Positions 27,597-36,031 of a stretch of 36,031 nucleotides of DNA are shown here, one piece after another (the first letter of the stretch is position 1; every line of letters begins with the position of its first letter). Below the pieces are notes generated by a model. It was given only the letters and a program-made list of their open reading frames with translations. It was not told the origin of the DNA and did no database searches. A program made the translations under genes and the position numbers. This DNA comes from an uncultured Thermoplasmatales archaeon (GTDB lineage: Archaea > Thermoplasmatota > E2 > DHVEG-1). The stretch spans positions 1 through 36,031 of the forward strand of contig CAZFAZ010000027.1 of the NCBI GenBank assembly GCA_964517155.1. Direction: 5' to 3'.

Positions 27597-28717
27597 GCTG
27601 TATCCTCCAAAACTAAGAATTTTTTAGTAAAATCTTTTGAAAGTCCTTCTGCAGCACCTTTTGCTATAACTTTGAGGTTTTGTATTTCATATTCTTTGAA
27701 AACTAAGAATCTAAGTGTTGGCCCAATTGTGCTGTAGTTTTGAGTTGAGATATCTTTTAGCATTTTTAAAAATAAAGAATCAAGACGATTTTCAAGGATC
27801 TGAACAGTTTTTTCTTTGTTGTATTCTTCGATTGAATTTTTTAATATTTCATAATATGATGTGCCTTCAAGATTTGATATTACTTGTGCAACTCCTTCAA
27901 GCTCTGAGAGTTGTTCATATTTCCATTTAGCTATTTCTCTACCTTCTCCATTAAAATATTTCATACATGTATCTTTTGCAAAACCAAGTTGTTTGCATCT
28001 TAGTACAAACTTTATGTTGTAGATATCAAGATATGTTCTAATGAAATTCTTTTTGCCTTGTTCGCATCTATATGGAACTTTTACTTTAATGAATTTATTT
28101 ATTATGTATTTGTCAACTTCGTTGTCTATTTCCATATAATCTATTTTTTCATTTGCAAGTTCTTTTGCAATGTCTTTATGAAAACCAAAATCTAGTAAAA
28201 GCTGTGAAAGGTTTTCTTTATTTGCTTCTTTGATGTTGTATAATAGTTTTTTTGTAGAAGGCAGAATTGCATTTTCAATGCTTTTTTCATCTACCGTTTC
28301 ATTTTTAAGCTTGTTTCTAAGTTCTTTTTTTACAAGATACATATCTATTTTTTCAAGATATGTATCATAAAAACTATGCATTTTTTTGGAATTATCTTTT
28401 TTCATCATTTCAATAGTTTGATAAAATGTGTCATCTAGTGATTTTTGGATATCATATGTTGTATCTCCTGTGATTTTGTAGTCTTTGGCAGAGTTTATAC
28501 TTTCTTTGAAGTCGATTAGGTTTTTACTTTCAATAAGGCTACTTAGGTTTTTTTCAGTTACATGCGGGTTTCCCATTGCTTCATATTTGGCATTTGGATA
28601 AACAAATTTTACATAAGTGGAGAAAGGTCTAGATAGTATTGCTATAGCCCCAGCTATAACTGCAATTATGAATATCCAGAATAGATATCCTGCGGGGTTA
28701 AACAATTCTTCTAACAT
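27593..28717 (-). CDS. atpC: A/V-type ATP synthase subunit C
   Basis: YPNAK..AM, D.YNIK..LR.K, L.GTSY, KEYEIQNLKVI; extra N-terminal hydrophobic helix. Confidence 0.92.
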   Translation of the reverse strand: MLEELFNPAGYLFWIFIIAVIAGAIAILSRPFSTYVKFVYPNAKYEAMGNPHVTEKNLSSLIESKNLIDFKESINSAKDYKITGDTTYDIQKSLDDTFYQTIEMMKKDNSKKMHSFYDTYLEKIDMYLVKKELRNKLKNETVDEKSIENAILPSTKKLLYNIKEANKENLSQLLLDFGFHKDIAKELANEKIDYMEIDNEVDKYIINKFIKVKVPYRCEQGKKNFIRTYLDIYNIKFVLRCKQLGFAKDTCMKYFNGEGREIAKWKYEQLSELEGVAQVISNLEGTSYYEILKNSIEEYNKEKTVQILENRLDSLFLKMLKDISTQNYSTIGPTLRFLVFKEYEIQNLKVIAKGAAEGLSKDFTKKFLVLEDTA

Positions 28718-28734
28718 CTATACCCTCATATTTT

Positions 28735-29298
28735 TTATTTTGAGAAAAGCAGTTTTCCCACTTTGTTTCTTATTTTGTCTTTATGCCTTTTTAGTATGCC
28801 GTCAAATGTGTAGTCAAGTGTTATTTTTCCATCTTTTGAGACTAGTTTTATCCCTCCAGATGCTTCAATGTTTCCTGATGCTTTTAGACCTAGTTTTTCT
28901 ATTATTTTTTTGTCTTCACTTCTTGATATTAGCACACTGCAATCTTTACCAAGTTTTTTTATTCCTTCTTGTGCATATTTAGATACTGTATCTTCGTATT
29001 CTTTTCCTTTAATTATTGAAAGTTTCTGATGTGCTTTTACAAAACAGTCTTCGATAACTTCTTCTTTTATACTCATGATTTCTCGTTTTATATTCTGGTT
29101 TTCCTTGGAAATAATTATCCTATGCGTGTTTTCAGCTTGTTTTTTGCCGTGTTCAAATATTTTTTCTGCTTCTTCTTTTGCTTGTTTTTCTGCATCAAGT
29201 ATTATCATCTGAGCAGTTTTTTCTGCTTCTTTTTGAATTTGTTTTATTTCTTTTTCTGCATCTTTTTTTATTTGTTCAATGATTTTTTCTGCTGACAT
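28735..29298 (-). CDS. atpE: A/V-type ATP synthase subunit E
   Basis: N-terminal coiled coil, GGIKL...DG..TLDYTFD, C-terminal KLLF. Confidence 0.93.
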   Translation of the reverse strand: MSAEKIIEQIKKDAEKEIKQIQKEAEKTAQMIILDAEKQAKEEAEKIFEHGKKQAENTHRIIISKENQNIKREIMSIKEEVIEDCFVKAHQKLSIIKGKEYEDTVSKYAQEGIKKLGKDCSVLISRSEDKKIIEKLGLKASGNIEASGGIKLVSKDGKITLDYTFDGILKRHKDKIRNKVGKLLFSK

Positions 29299-29318
29299 AT
29301 TCTCAGTGTTCCAATTAT

Positions 29319-29894
29319 CTATAGAAGTCCTAACCCCACCATTAAAAGTATACCTACTAATAAGCCAAAGATTGCAATGGTTTCTGGCATAACAGTAAAT
29401 ATAATTCCTCTTGAGGCAACATCTGGGTTTCTACCAACGGCACTAATTGATGAACTTGCAACCATACCTTGATTTATCGCAGAAGTTCCAGTAAGTCCTA
29501 CGGCAAGACCAATCCATACAGCACCTACGCCCATAAGAGATGTAACTGTTGCATCCGCGCCGCCGAGAAGCCCTGCACCCATCATTAAAAGGATGGCGGT
29601 TAAAAGCCCATATACTGATTGTGTCATTGGTAAAACCTGCAAGATTAAACATTTGCTGAACAGTTCTGGTTTTTCAGCGGTAACCGCTACTGCAGACGAT
29701 CCAGCAAGTGCAAGACCTATTGCAGAGCCTATACCTGCTATTCCTATTGCAAGTGCACAACCAAGTATTACCATTGTTTTATTTTGGTTATTTTCTTCTG
29801 TTGTTATTTCTTCTTGTGCAAGTGCTACTATACTTCCAAATAATAAAAATGCTGTTAGTAGCATTGCAAATATTGCTGCTTTTCTCATTTTCAT
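29319..29894 (-). CDS. atpK: A/V-type ATP synthase subunit K (c), duplicated 4-TM type with N-terminal signal peptide
   Basis: GIGSAIG, LPMTQSVYG, SAINQG, MPETIAIFGLL. Confidence 0.95.
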   Translation of the reverse strand: MKMRKAAIFAMLLTAFLLFGSIVALAQEEITTEENNQNKTMVILGCALAIGIAGIGSAIGLALAGSSAVAVTAEKPELFSKCLILQVLPMTQSVYGLLTAILLMMGAGLLGGADATVTSLMGVGAVWIGLAVGLTGTSAINQGMVASSSISAVGRNPDVASRGIIFTVMPETIAIFGLLVGILLMVGLGLL

Positions 29895-29919
29895 ATATTT
29901 TTTCCTCCATTTTTTATTC

Positions 29920-31929
29920 TTATTTTTCTTCTTTTATTTTTGTATATTTTCTTTGTATTTTAAAAGGCGAAAACTCATGTCCGCCTCCTTCATAGAATCT
30001 GTTGAAAAATTCAACATATTGAAGTCTAAGTGAATGAATTCCTGCGCCAAGTGCTTGAAGCCCGAGATTTACTAAATGTGCAAATATCAAAAGTAATATT
30101 GTGATAATTATGCCGATAAAAGGAATCATTTCTCCAAGAAGCTGTGCTACTACATTAAATGCTAAAGCCATACCGGCTGTTGCAAGTCCTAATGCTAATA
30201 AACGTGCATATGAAAGCCAATCACCTACGTAGCCTGTTATACCAAAGAAACCTATAGGTCCCTCGCTTATAAACAGTTGAATCAATCCAATTATTACAAA
30301 TACTGCACCAATTAAAATAATTGAATCTGAAAACTTAAAATCAAGTATAGAGTATCCAATTAAGATACCTCCTCCAAGTTGAAGAGTTACCCAACAGGAT
30401 TTTTTAGTTAACAATTCTTTATATTTTTTCTGTCTGAATGCTTGAATTATTGCAAGTAAAATTCCTACATTTAGATGGATAAGACCAAAGATTAATGCAA
30501 TTACAAGTATAGTTATTGGATCTTTAATCGGATTTGCAGGTAAATTTATACCAAACAAGTTAATGCTATAAAGCGGAAGATTTGTATCACCATATATAAA
30601 TCGAGGTATGAAATCTCCAAAGAAGCTGTTAGTAAGAAGTCCAGTAATAATTGTTACAACACCCATCCAAATACCTATAAAAGACCAGTTTTTTATCATA
30701 TCACTGTATTTTGCGAATTTAAAATAACCAACTAACGCTAGAGTAAATATAATCAGGCCATATCCTGCATCTCCCAGCATTACTCCAAAAAATAAAACAA
30801 AAAATATACCCATTATAATAGTTGGATTTATCTCGTTGTATTTTGGAGTTGCAAACATTGATACAAGACCTTTAAATCCTTCTGCCCAACGCGGCGTCTT
30901 AATATATGTTGGCGGACTATCTTTTTCTTCAGAAGGTTTTTCAAAGTTACAGATTATATGTTCACTTGTTGATTTTTTAATAAAATCTTCAAATGCTTTC
31001 TCATCTTTTTCTAAAATCCATCCTTTGACCATATATGATGATTTTGTTTTTGCAAAGTTATTTGATATTTCTTTTCTTACTCTTTCAAGCTGTATTTCTT
31101 CACGAAGTGAAAGTAAATCAGATAACTGATTTTTTGCATAAACTCTTAATTCTTCAATTAGTTTTTTTTTGTTTTGATCAATTTCTTGAATTTGTTTATT
31201 AATGATAGACACTGCGTTTTTTGGCGTGCCTGTTGCAATATCAAAAGAAAATTCTGTGAGAGCAGCTTTTGATATCTTTTCGATTTCATCTAGATAATTT
31301 TTATGTGCAACAATTAATACCGCCCATTCTATTTTCTTTTTTGTTCCAAATTGTTTAGAAAACAAGGTTGCAGAGTTTATGCTTTTTATTTGCTCTTTAA
31401 TGAAATCTAAATCTTTTGTTATTCCTACTTTTACAATTAAGTATTCAGATTCACCTATATCTGAAAATTTAAAATCAAAATCAGTTAAGTATTTTATTTT
31501 TTCAAGGTCTTGTGCAAGTTTTTCTTTTTGTTCATTTAAACTTTGTAATTTTTCTTCACGCTCAATGATTTGTTTCTCAGTTTTAGATAAATAACCCTCA
31601 GCAAATGAATATAGTTCATCCAAAGAAGATTCTTCAATTGTTTTTATCTCTGGAAGTTCCGGTGAAAGCATTGATTTAAAGCCCTTTTTTTTTGGCTTTA
31701 TTTTTTTTAAAATATCAATAAGTCTTGTAATTCTGAGTTCATAAAGTGCACATGTTTCTGCTTCAGAATTAATAGATGCTTTTTCATTTTCATTTATTAG
31801 TTCAGGCTCTTTTTTACTTATGTTAATTATTTCGATTAAACCTTCTTGGTGTAATGTTTTTATGAAGTCTTCTAAATAGTTTTGATGAACAACAATTGAA
31901 ACCTTTTTCATTAGAGCTGGAAAAAGTAT
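29920..31929 (-). CDS. atpI: A/V-type ATP synthase subunit I (a); start ATA 31929 or ATG 31911
   Basis: PPT, PKYNEINPT, FFGVMLGDAGYG, DWLSYARLLALGLA, IHSLRLQYVEFF. Confidence 0.96.
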   Translation of the reverse strand: MLFPALMKKVSIVVHQNYLEDFIKTLHQEGLIEIINISKKEPELINENEKASINSEAETCALYELRITRLIDILKKIKPKKKGFKSMLSPELPEIKTIEESSLDELYSFAEGYLSKTEKQIIEREEKLQSLNEQKEKLAQDLEKIKYLTDFDFKFSDIGESEYLIVKVGITKDLDFIKEQIKSINSATLFSKQFGTKKKIEWAVLIVAHKNYLDEIEKISKAALTEFSFDIATGTPKNAVSIINKQIQEIDQNKKKLIEELRVYAKNQLSDLLSLREEIQLERVRKEISNNFAKTKSSYMVKGWILEKDEKAFEDFIKKSTSEHIICNFEKPSEEKDSPPTYIKTPRWAEGFKGLVSMFATPKYNEINPTIIMGIFFVLFFGVMLGDAGYGLIIFTLALVGYFKFAKYSDMIKNWSFIGIWMGVVTIITGLLTNSFFGDFIPRFIYGDTNLPLYSINLFGINLPANPIKDPITILVIALIFGLIHLNVGILLAIIQAFRQKKYKELLTKKSCWVTLQLGGGILIGYSILDFKFSDSIILIGAVFVIIGLIQLFISEGPIGFFGITGYVGDWLSYARLLALGLATAGMALAFNVVAQLLGEMIPFIGIIITILLLIFAHLVNLGLQALGAGIHSLRLQYVEFFNRFYEGGGHEFSPFKIQRKYTKIKEEK

Positions 31930-31932
31930 TTC

Positions 31933-32250
31933 TTATTCCTCCTCTTCTATCTCATTAAGTATTATATCAACTGCTTTTGAAATATTTTTTTCAGAGTCTT
32001 TTTTTATAGCCGATATTTCTTTTTTGCTGTCTTGTTTTATCTTTTGTGTTTCATCTTTTGCTTTTTCTTCTGTTTTTTTTATTTGTTCTGCAGCTTTATT
32101 TTTTGCATCTTGAATCATCTTTTGTTTTTGTTTTTCAGCAGTTTTTTTTGCGTTTTCAAGTATTGTTTCTGCGTCTTTTTTTGCCATCTGAATTTTTTCA
32201 ACTGCTTTTTGTTCTTCATTTTTTATTGTTTTTAAAGAATCCTGAGCCAT
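31933..32250 (-). CDS. atpH: A-type ATP synthase subunit H (V-type G homolog, peripheral stalk)
   Basis: Lys/Glu/Ala-rich coiled coil, first gene of the operon; start moved to MAQDSLK (ATG 32250). Confidence 0.88.
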   Translation of the reverse strand: MAQDSLKTIKNEEQKAVEKIQMAKKDAETILENAKKTAEKQKQKMIQDAKNKAAEQIKKTEEKAKDETQKIKQDSKKEISAIKKDSEKNISKAVDIILNEIEEEE

Positions 32251-32344
32251 TGGATACCCCGAAATATAAAGTTCTTTATTATGTTTTTTATAACTAATAG
32301 AATAGTGTTTCAATAATATGAATATTTTTCAAAAAAATTTGTTT

Positions 32345-34111
32345 TTACATGCCCCAGAATTTATCTGTTTTTCTTTTAATTTCAAATATTTTGTTTAAAA
32401 CATCTTTTTCATCCAGATTTAGCACATCCATATCTCGTAGTTTTTTTGCATCACTTGCGGGGATATCTGTAAAAAGTATGTCTTCTCCTTTTATCTGCCG
32501 TCCGACTGTTACTCCTTCAATTGATATTGCTACTTCTTGACCTTGTATTGCTTCTTCAACAGCTTTGTTTTCTGATTGTATACCTTTTATTGTTCCCACA
32601 GATTTTCCGTCATCTTTCATGAGACGCATTCCTGTTTTTATTCGTCCTGAAAGTATTCTTACCCCTATTACTGCAGGATGACTTACTCTAAAAACATATT
32701 CTGGCAAAAATCTTACCATCCCCGGATGCTTAAAATCCTGTCTTCTAGATTTTTCAATTTCTGATTTTTTAAGTTCAAGCCATTCATCGTAATCTTCCAT
32801 GATAGTATAGATTACATCTTTGTTAAACATTTTAATGTCTGTGTTTGCTAGTTCTTCTTTTGCTTCAGGTAGTATTTTTACATTAAACGAAAAAATTACT
32901 TTGTTTAAAGGGTCAAGTGTTGCAGCTGCTTCCGTTATATCCCGTTTTGAAACGTTTCCAATTTCTGCTTTTCTAATTTTTATTCCTTTTTCACGTGATT
33001 CTTTTATTATTGCTTCAAGTGATCCGATTGTATCTGCTTTTACAAGTATTCCTTGTTCATCAAGCTCAAAATCAATTTTTGTTTGTTTTTTTATTTCATC
33101 AATTATTTCATCTAGTTTTTCTGTTGCAACACGTATTGGTGCACCAGGTATCACTTCTTCTAAATCTGGTGAGTTGATTTTTATTCCGCATGCTGCATGT
33201 ACTTCTTTTACACTGTCAAATCTTTCACGAGGGTCACGTATTTCATCAAGTGGTTTAGGTTTTAAAAGTGCTTTTATTCTTGTAACGACAGGCTCACCTG
33301 TTGTACCTATCACGATTTTATCATTATTTTTAATTGTTCCATTATAAATTATTGCATCTATTGTTTTTCCCAGCCCTATTTCTTCTTTTACTTCAAGAAC
33401 AGTTCCTTTTCCAGGGCCTGATTCAATTTGTAGTTTTTCTTCTAAAAATCTTTGTGCAAGACCTACAAGTATCATTAAAAGCTCTGATATTCCTTCACCT
33501 GTTTTTGCAGAAATAGGAATAATTCCTATTGTTTTTCTAAAGTCAGATATATTATAGTAAAGATCAGAGTTTAGCTTGTTTTCAGATATTGTACCAATGA
33601 TTTCATATATTTTTTCTTCAAAAATGTTTTTTACATTAATTCTTTGATTGTTAATTCGATTTTTAGCAGAGCCTTGAGTTTTCTGCCAACCAGATATTGC
33701 ATCTATTTTGTTTACTACAACAATAAATGGTGTTTTGTATTGTTTTAAAATTCTTAAAGATTCATAAGTTTGAGGTTTAAATCCTTCAGTTATATCAACT
33801 ATTAGAATTGCGATATCTGCAAGGCTTCCGCCACGAGTACGAAGTGTTGTAAATGCATGATGGCCAGGTGTGTCGATAAATAACAGACCAGGTAGTGTAA
33901 ATTTCTTTCCTTTTAACAGATCTCCACATACATTATAAATAGCATCTATTGGAACCTCTGTTGCACCTATATGTTGAGTAATAGCACCAGATTCACGGGC
34001 TGCAACAGTCGAACCTCTAATATAATCTAGTAAACTAGTTTTGCCGTGGTCTACATGACCTAAAACGCTTACTATTGGCTGGCGAATATAACTTTTTGAA
34101 GTAGTAGGCAT
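32345..34111 (-). CDS. infB: translation initiation factor IF-2 (aIF5B)
   Basis: RQPIVSVLGHVDHGKT, ITQHIGA, DTPGH, NKID, ISAKTGEG; no intein. Confidence 0.97.
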   Translation of the reverse strand: MPTTSKSYIRQPIVSVLGHVDHGKTSLLDYIRGSTVAARESGAITQHIGATEVPIDAIYNVCGDLLKGKKFTLPGLLFIDTPGHHAFTTLRTRGGSLADIAILIVDITEGFKPQTYESLRILKQYKTPFIVVVNKIDAISGWQKTQGSAKNRINNQRINVKNIFEEKIYEIIGTISENKLNSDLYYNISDFRKTIGIIPISAKTGEGISELLMILVGLAQRFLEEKLQIESGPGKGTVLEVKEEIGLGKTIDAIIYNGTIKNNDKIVIGTTGEPVVTRIKALLKPKPLDEIRDPRERFDSVKEVHAACGIKINSPDLEEVIPGAPIRVATEKLDEIIDEIKKQTKIDFELDEQGILVKADTIGSLEAIIKESREKGIKIRKAEIGNVSKRDITEAAATLDPLNKVIFSFNVKILPEAKEELANTDIKMFNKDVIYTIMEDYDEWLELKKSEIEKSRRQDFKHPGMVRFLPEYVFRVSHPAVIGVRILSGRIKTGMRLMKDDGKSVGTIKGIQSENKAVEEAIQGQEVAISIEGVTVGRQIKGEDILFTDIPASDAKKLRDMDVLNLDEKDVLNKIFEIKRKTDKFWGM

Positions 34112-34112
34112 A

Positions 34113-34137
34113 AATACTCACTCAGGCGAGGAGTATT
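34113..34137. promoter_or_regulatory. inverted repeat/hairpin immediately upstream of the infB start codon
   Basis: AATACTC-A-CTC-AGGC-GAG-GAGTATT: a 10-bp stem with one bulge and a 4-nt loop, ending 1 nt before the ATG. Confidence 0.45.
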
Positions 34138-34156
34138 AAACCTTACTTTAAAATAT

Positions 34157-34297
34157 TTATTGATGGTATTTAAAAAAATTTGTTTCTCTTTTACAAAAAA
34201 CAATATCGCCTAGTTTACTTCTTTTTTCAGCATATATCGGATTTTGAGTAATTATTTTTCCATTTGTGCTTTGTATTGTAAATTTCCATACAAACAT
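34157..34297 (-). CDS. 46-aa small protein, not in ORF track
   Basis: MFVWKFTIQSTNGKIITQNPIYAEKRSKLGDIVFCKRETNFFKYHQ; strong SD GAGGTG upstream. Confidence 0.6.
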   Translation of the reverse strand: MFVWKFTIQSTNGKIITQNPIYAEKRSKLGDIVFCKRETNFFKYHQ

Positions 34298-34392
34298 GTT
34301 CTTTTTACACCTCAATACAATATTTTTAGAAAAGACAAATATTCTTTATAAATCTAAAAATGAGGTGACTGAAAGTATTAAAAAAGATAAAA

Positions 34393-35796
34393 CTAAGCTA
34401 ATAAACCATTTGATTTAAACATATGATTGATAAATATTTTAGCACATCCAAACGCGATGATTGATCCTAATAAATTTGCTAAAACTATACCCCACCAAAT
34501 TCCAATTAACCCTAATGAAAAGAAACAGCAGAACACTATTGCTATTAAAGGAATTAAAATAATTGTTCTAATTGCTGTGATAATTAATGCATAGTTTCCT
34601 TTACCCGCCCCTTGAAACATTGCAGAGGATGCAATTCCAAATGCTGCGCCCGGATAAAACAAAACAGATATTCTTATAAATGTTTCAAGATCTGATGCTA
34701 TCTCTGCTGAACCTTGCCCGGTTGTAAACATCATTGTTATAAACGGTGCAATTAAAAAAATTAAAACTGCAAGCATTGACTCTATTAACAAGCCAAATTT
34801 TAAAGAATAAACAAAACCTTCGTTAAGTTTTTTATATTCTTTTGCACCATATGCTGCACCTGTAACAGAAGTTACTGCTGTTGCAAGCCCTAAAAGTGGA
34901 AGTATAGCAATACTTACAACACGCCAACCAGTTGAATAAACTGCAACACCAGCGTCACCTGCTACTGCTATGTTTACTATTATGAAATTCATCACTATCA
35001 TCATAACAGACATTGTAAGCTGTTGGAAAGATGCAGGTAACCCAACTTTAAATATATCAAATAAAATGTTTCGTTTGAATTTAAAATGTTTAAGATTAAA
35101 CGTAATATATGTATTTTTTCTGAAAAATAACCAGTATGCCAAAAGCAAAGAAGATATTGCCATCGATAAAACAGTTGCATAAGCTGCACCTGCGATGCCA
35201 AGTCCAAATACAAATATAAAGATTGGATCAAGAACTATATTTAATACTGAACCTGCAATAATTGCATACATTGCTTTTTTTACATCTCCTTCACCTCGCA
35301 GTAATGCTATTGCCATGTTTATAAAAAATATAATTAAACTTCCTGCAAATATTATCTTTCCATAGGTTATTGCAAGATCAAATGATTCGCTAGCACCCAT
35401 AATTTTGAGTAAAAATTCTGCACCAAAAAACAAAAATACTGTAAAAAGAACACCCAAAACGACAACAAGTATTATCGAATGATCCGCAACATTATCTGCT
35501 CCTTCTTTGTCTTTTGCACCTATTTTTCGGGACACTGCTGATGAACTGCCAACACCAATTCCAGTTGATATTGCTATTGCCATCATGAAAAATGGCAAAA
35601 TAAAACCTACTGCTGCTAATTGATTTGCTCCTAATAAAGAAACCCAAAAAGCATCTGCAAAATTATATACTGTCTGAACTGACATTGCAATAATCATTGG
35701 AATAGCAAGTTTGATTATTGCTTTCTTTGGATCTCCAAGTAATGTTTTTACTCCTTTAGTTTGAATATCTTTATTAGAAAAAGATTCTTCAGTCAC
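34393..35796 (-). CDS. MATE family efflux transporter
   Basis: About 12 TM; LAIPMII, YNFAD.FWV, LRGEGD, NIVLDPIFIF..GLGIAGAAYAT. Confidence 0.95.
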   Translation of the reverse strand: MTEESFSNKDIQTKGVKTLLGDPKKAIIKLAIPMIIAMSVQTVYNFADAFWVSLLGANQLAAVGFILPFFMMAIAISTGIGVGSSSAVSRKIGAKDKEGADNVADHSIILVVVLGVLFTVFLFFGAEFLLKIMGASESFDLAITYGKIIFAGSLIIFFINMAIALLRGEGDVKKAMYAIIAGSVLNIVLDPIFIFVFGLGIAGAAYATVLSMAISSLLLAYWLFFRKNTYITFNLKHFKFKRNILFDIFKVGLPASFQQLTMSVMMIVMNFIIVNIAVAGDAGVAVYSTGWRVVSIAILPLLGLATAVTSVTGAAYGAKEYKKLNEGFVYSLKFGLLIESMLAVLIFLIAPFITMMFTTGQGSAEIASDLETFIRISVLFYPGAAFGIASSAMFQGAGKGNYALIITAIRTIILIPLIAIVFCCFFSLGLIGIWWGIVLANLLGSIIAFGCAKIFINHMFKSNGLLA

Positions 35797-35864
35797 AAAA
35801 TCAGGAATAGCAAAATTTATTTGAAGTTTGTGCTTTCATAAAAGATAGTTGGGAGAATAATTAA

Positions 35865-35996
35865 ATGGTTGATAAAAAGTTAAAAGAAGGAGAGATTGCG
35901 CCTGATTTTTGTTTAAAAAATCAAGATGAAAAAAATGTTTGTTTAAAAGATTACAAAGGTAAAAACGTGATTTTATATTTTTATCCAAAGTATTAG
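35865..35996 (+). pseudogene. bcp: truncated peroxiredoxin (Bcp/PrxQ) N-terminus
   Basis: MVDKKLKEGEIAPDFCLKNQDEKNVCLKDYKGKNVILYFYPK then Y-stop; the expected D.TPGC motif is absent from the remaining 41 nt. Confidence 0.8.
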
Positions 35997-36031
35997 AACC
36001 GTATTAAGTTTTTAGTAAAATTAGGGTTTTT

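Noticed and set aside
24147..33516. Numerous + strand ORFs across the ATP synthase and infB genes
   Set aside because: Antisense shadows of well-conserved minus-strand genes; Phe/Ser/Leu-rich with no motifs.
20595..34111. Inteins in LonB, AtpA and IF-2 (common archaeal intein hosts)
   Set aside because: All three are normal length with uninterrupted motifs at the usual insertion regions.
35994..35996. TAG in bcp as pyrrolysine readthrough or a frameshift site
   Set aside because: Sequence after the TAG (NRIKFLVKLGF) and the other frames do not restore the TPGC motif.

Overview
AT-rich archaeal window. Gene content (pus10-rpl21e-rpoF-DUF655-rsmA, nop5, membrane LonB, NadM, aIF5B, A-type ATP synthase operon H-I-K-E-C-F-A-B-D, stand-alone receiver domains, PKD surface proteins) suggests a Thermoplasmatota-like euryarchaeon; this taxonomy is inference. 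Most of the window is housekeeping. The non-routine parts are: (1) a 1,673-bp non-autonomous IS5-family/IS903-like transposon (295-1967) with 12-bp TIRs, a perfect 9-bp target duplication, subterminal repeats, a transposase C-terminal remnant and two intact passenger genes, one EVE/PUA-like; (2) a small-ORF island (7500-8665) in which a G.U-containing hairpin exposes a loop exactly complementary over 16 nt to the ribosome-binding site of a leader-peptide plus hydrophobic-peptide pair 1.1 kb away, a candidate antisense/type I TA-like system; (3) an unannotated 52-aa single-TM ORF coupled to atpD, and a V-type, Na+-signature c subunit with a signal peptide; (4) probable non-canonical start codons (CTG for pyrD and a PKD lipoprotein, ATA for atpI); (5) a bcp peroxiredoxin broken just before its catalytic motif at the window end. 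I saw no rRNA, tRNA or CRISPR array.
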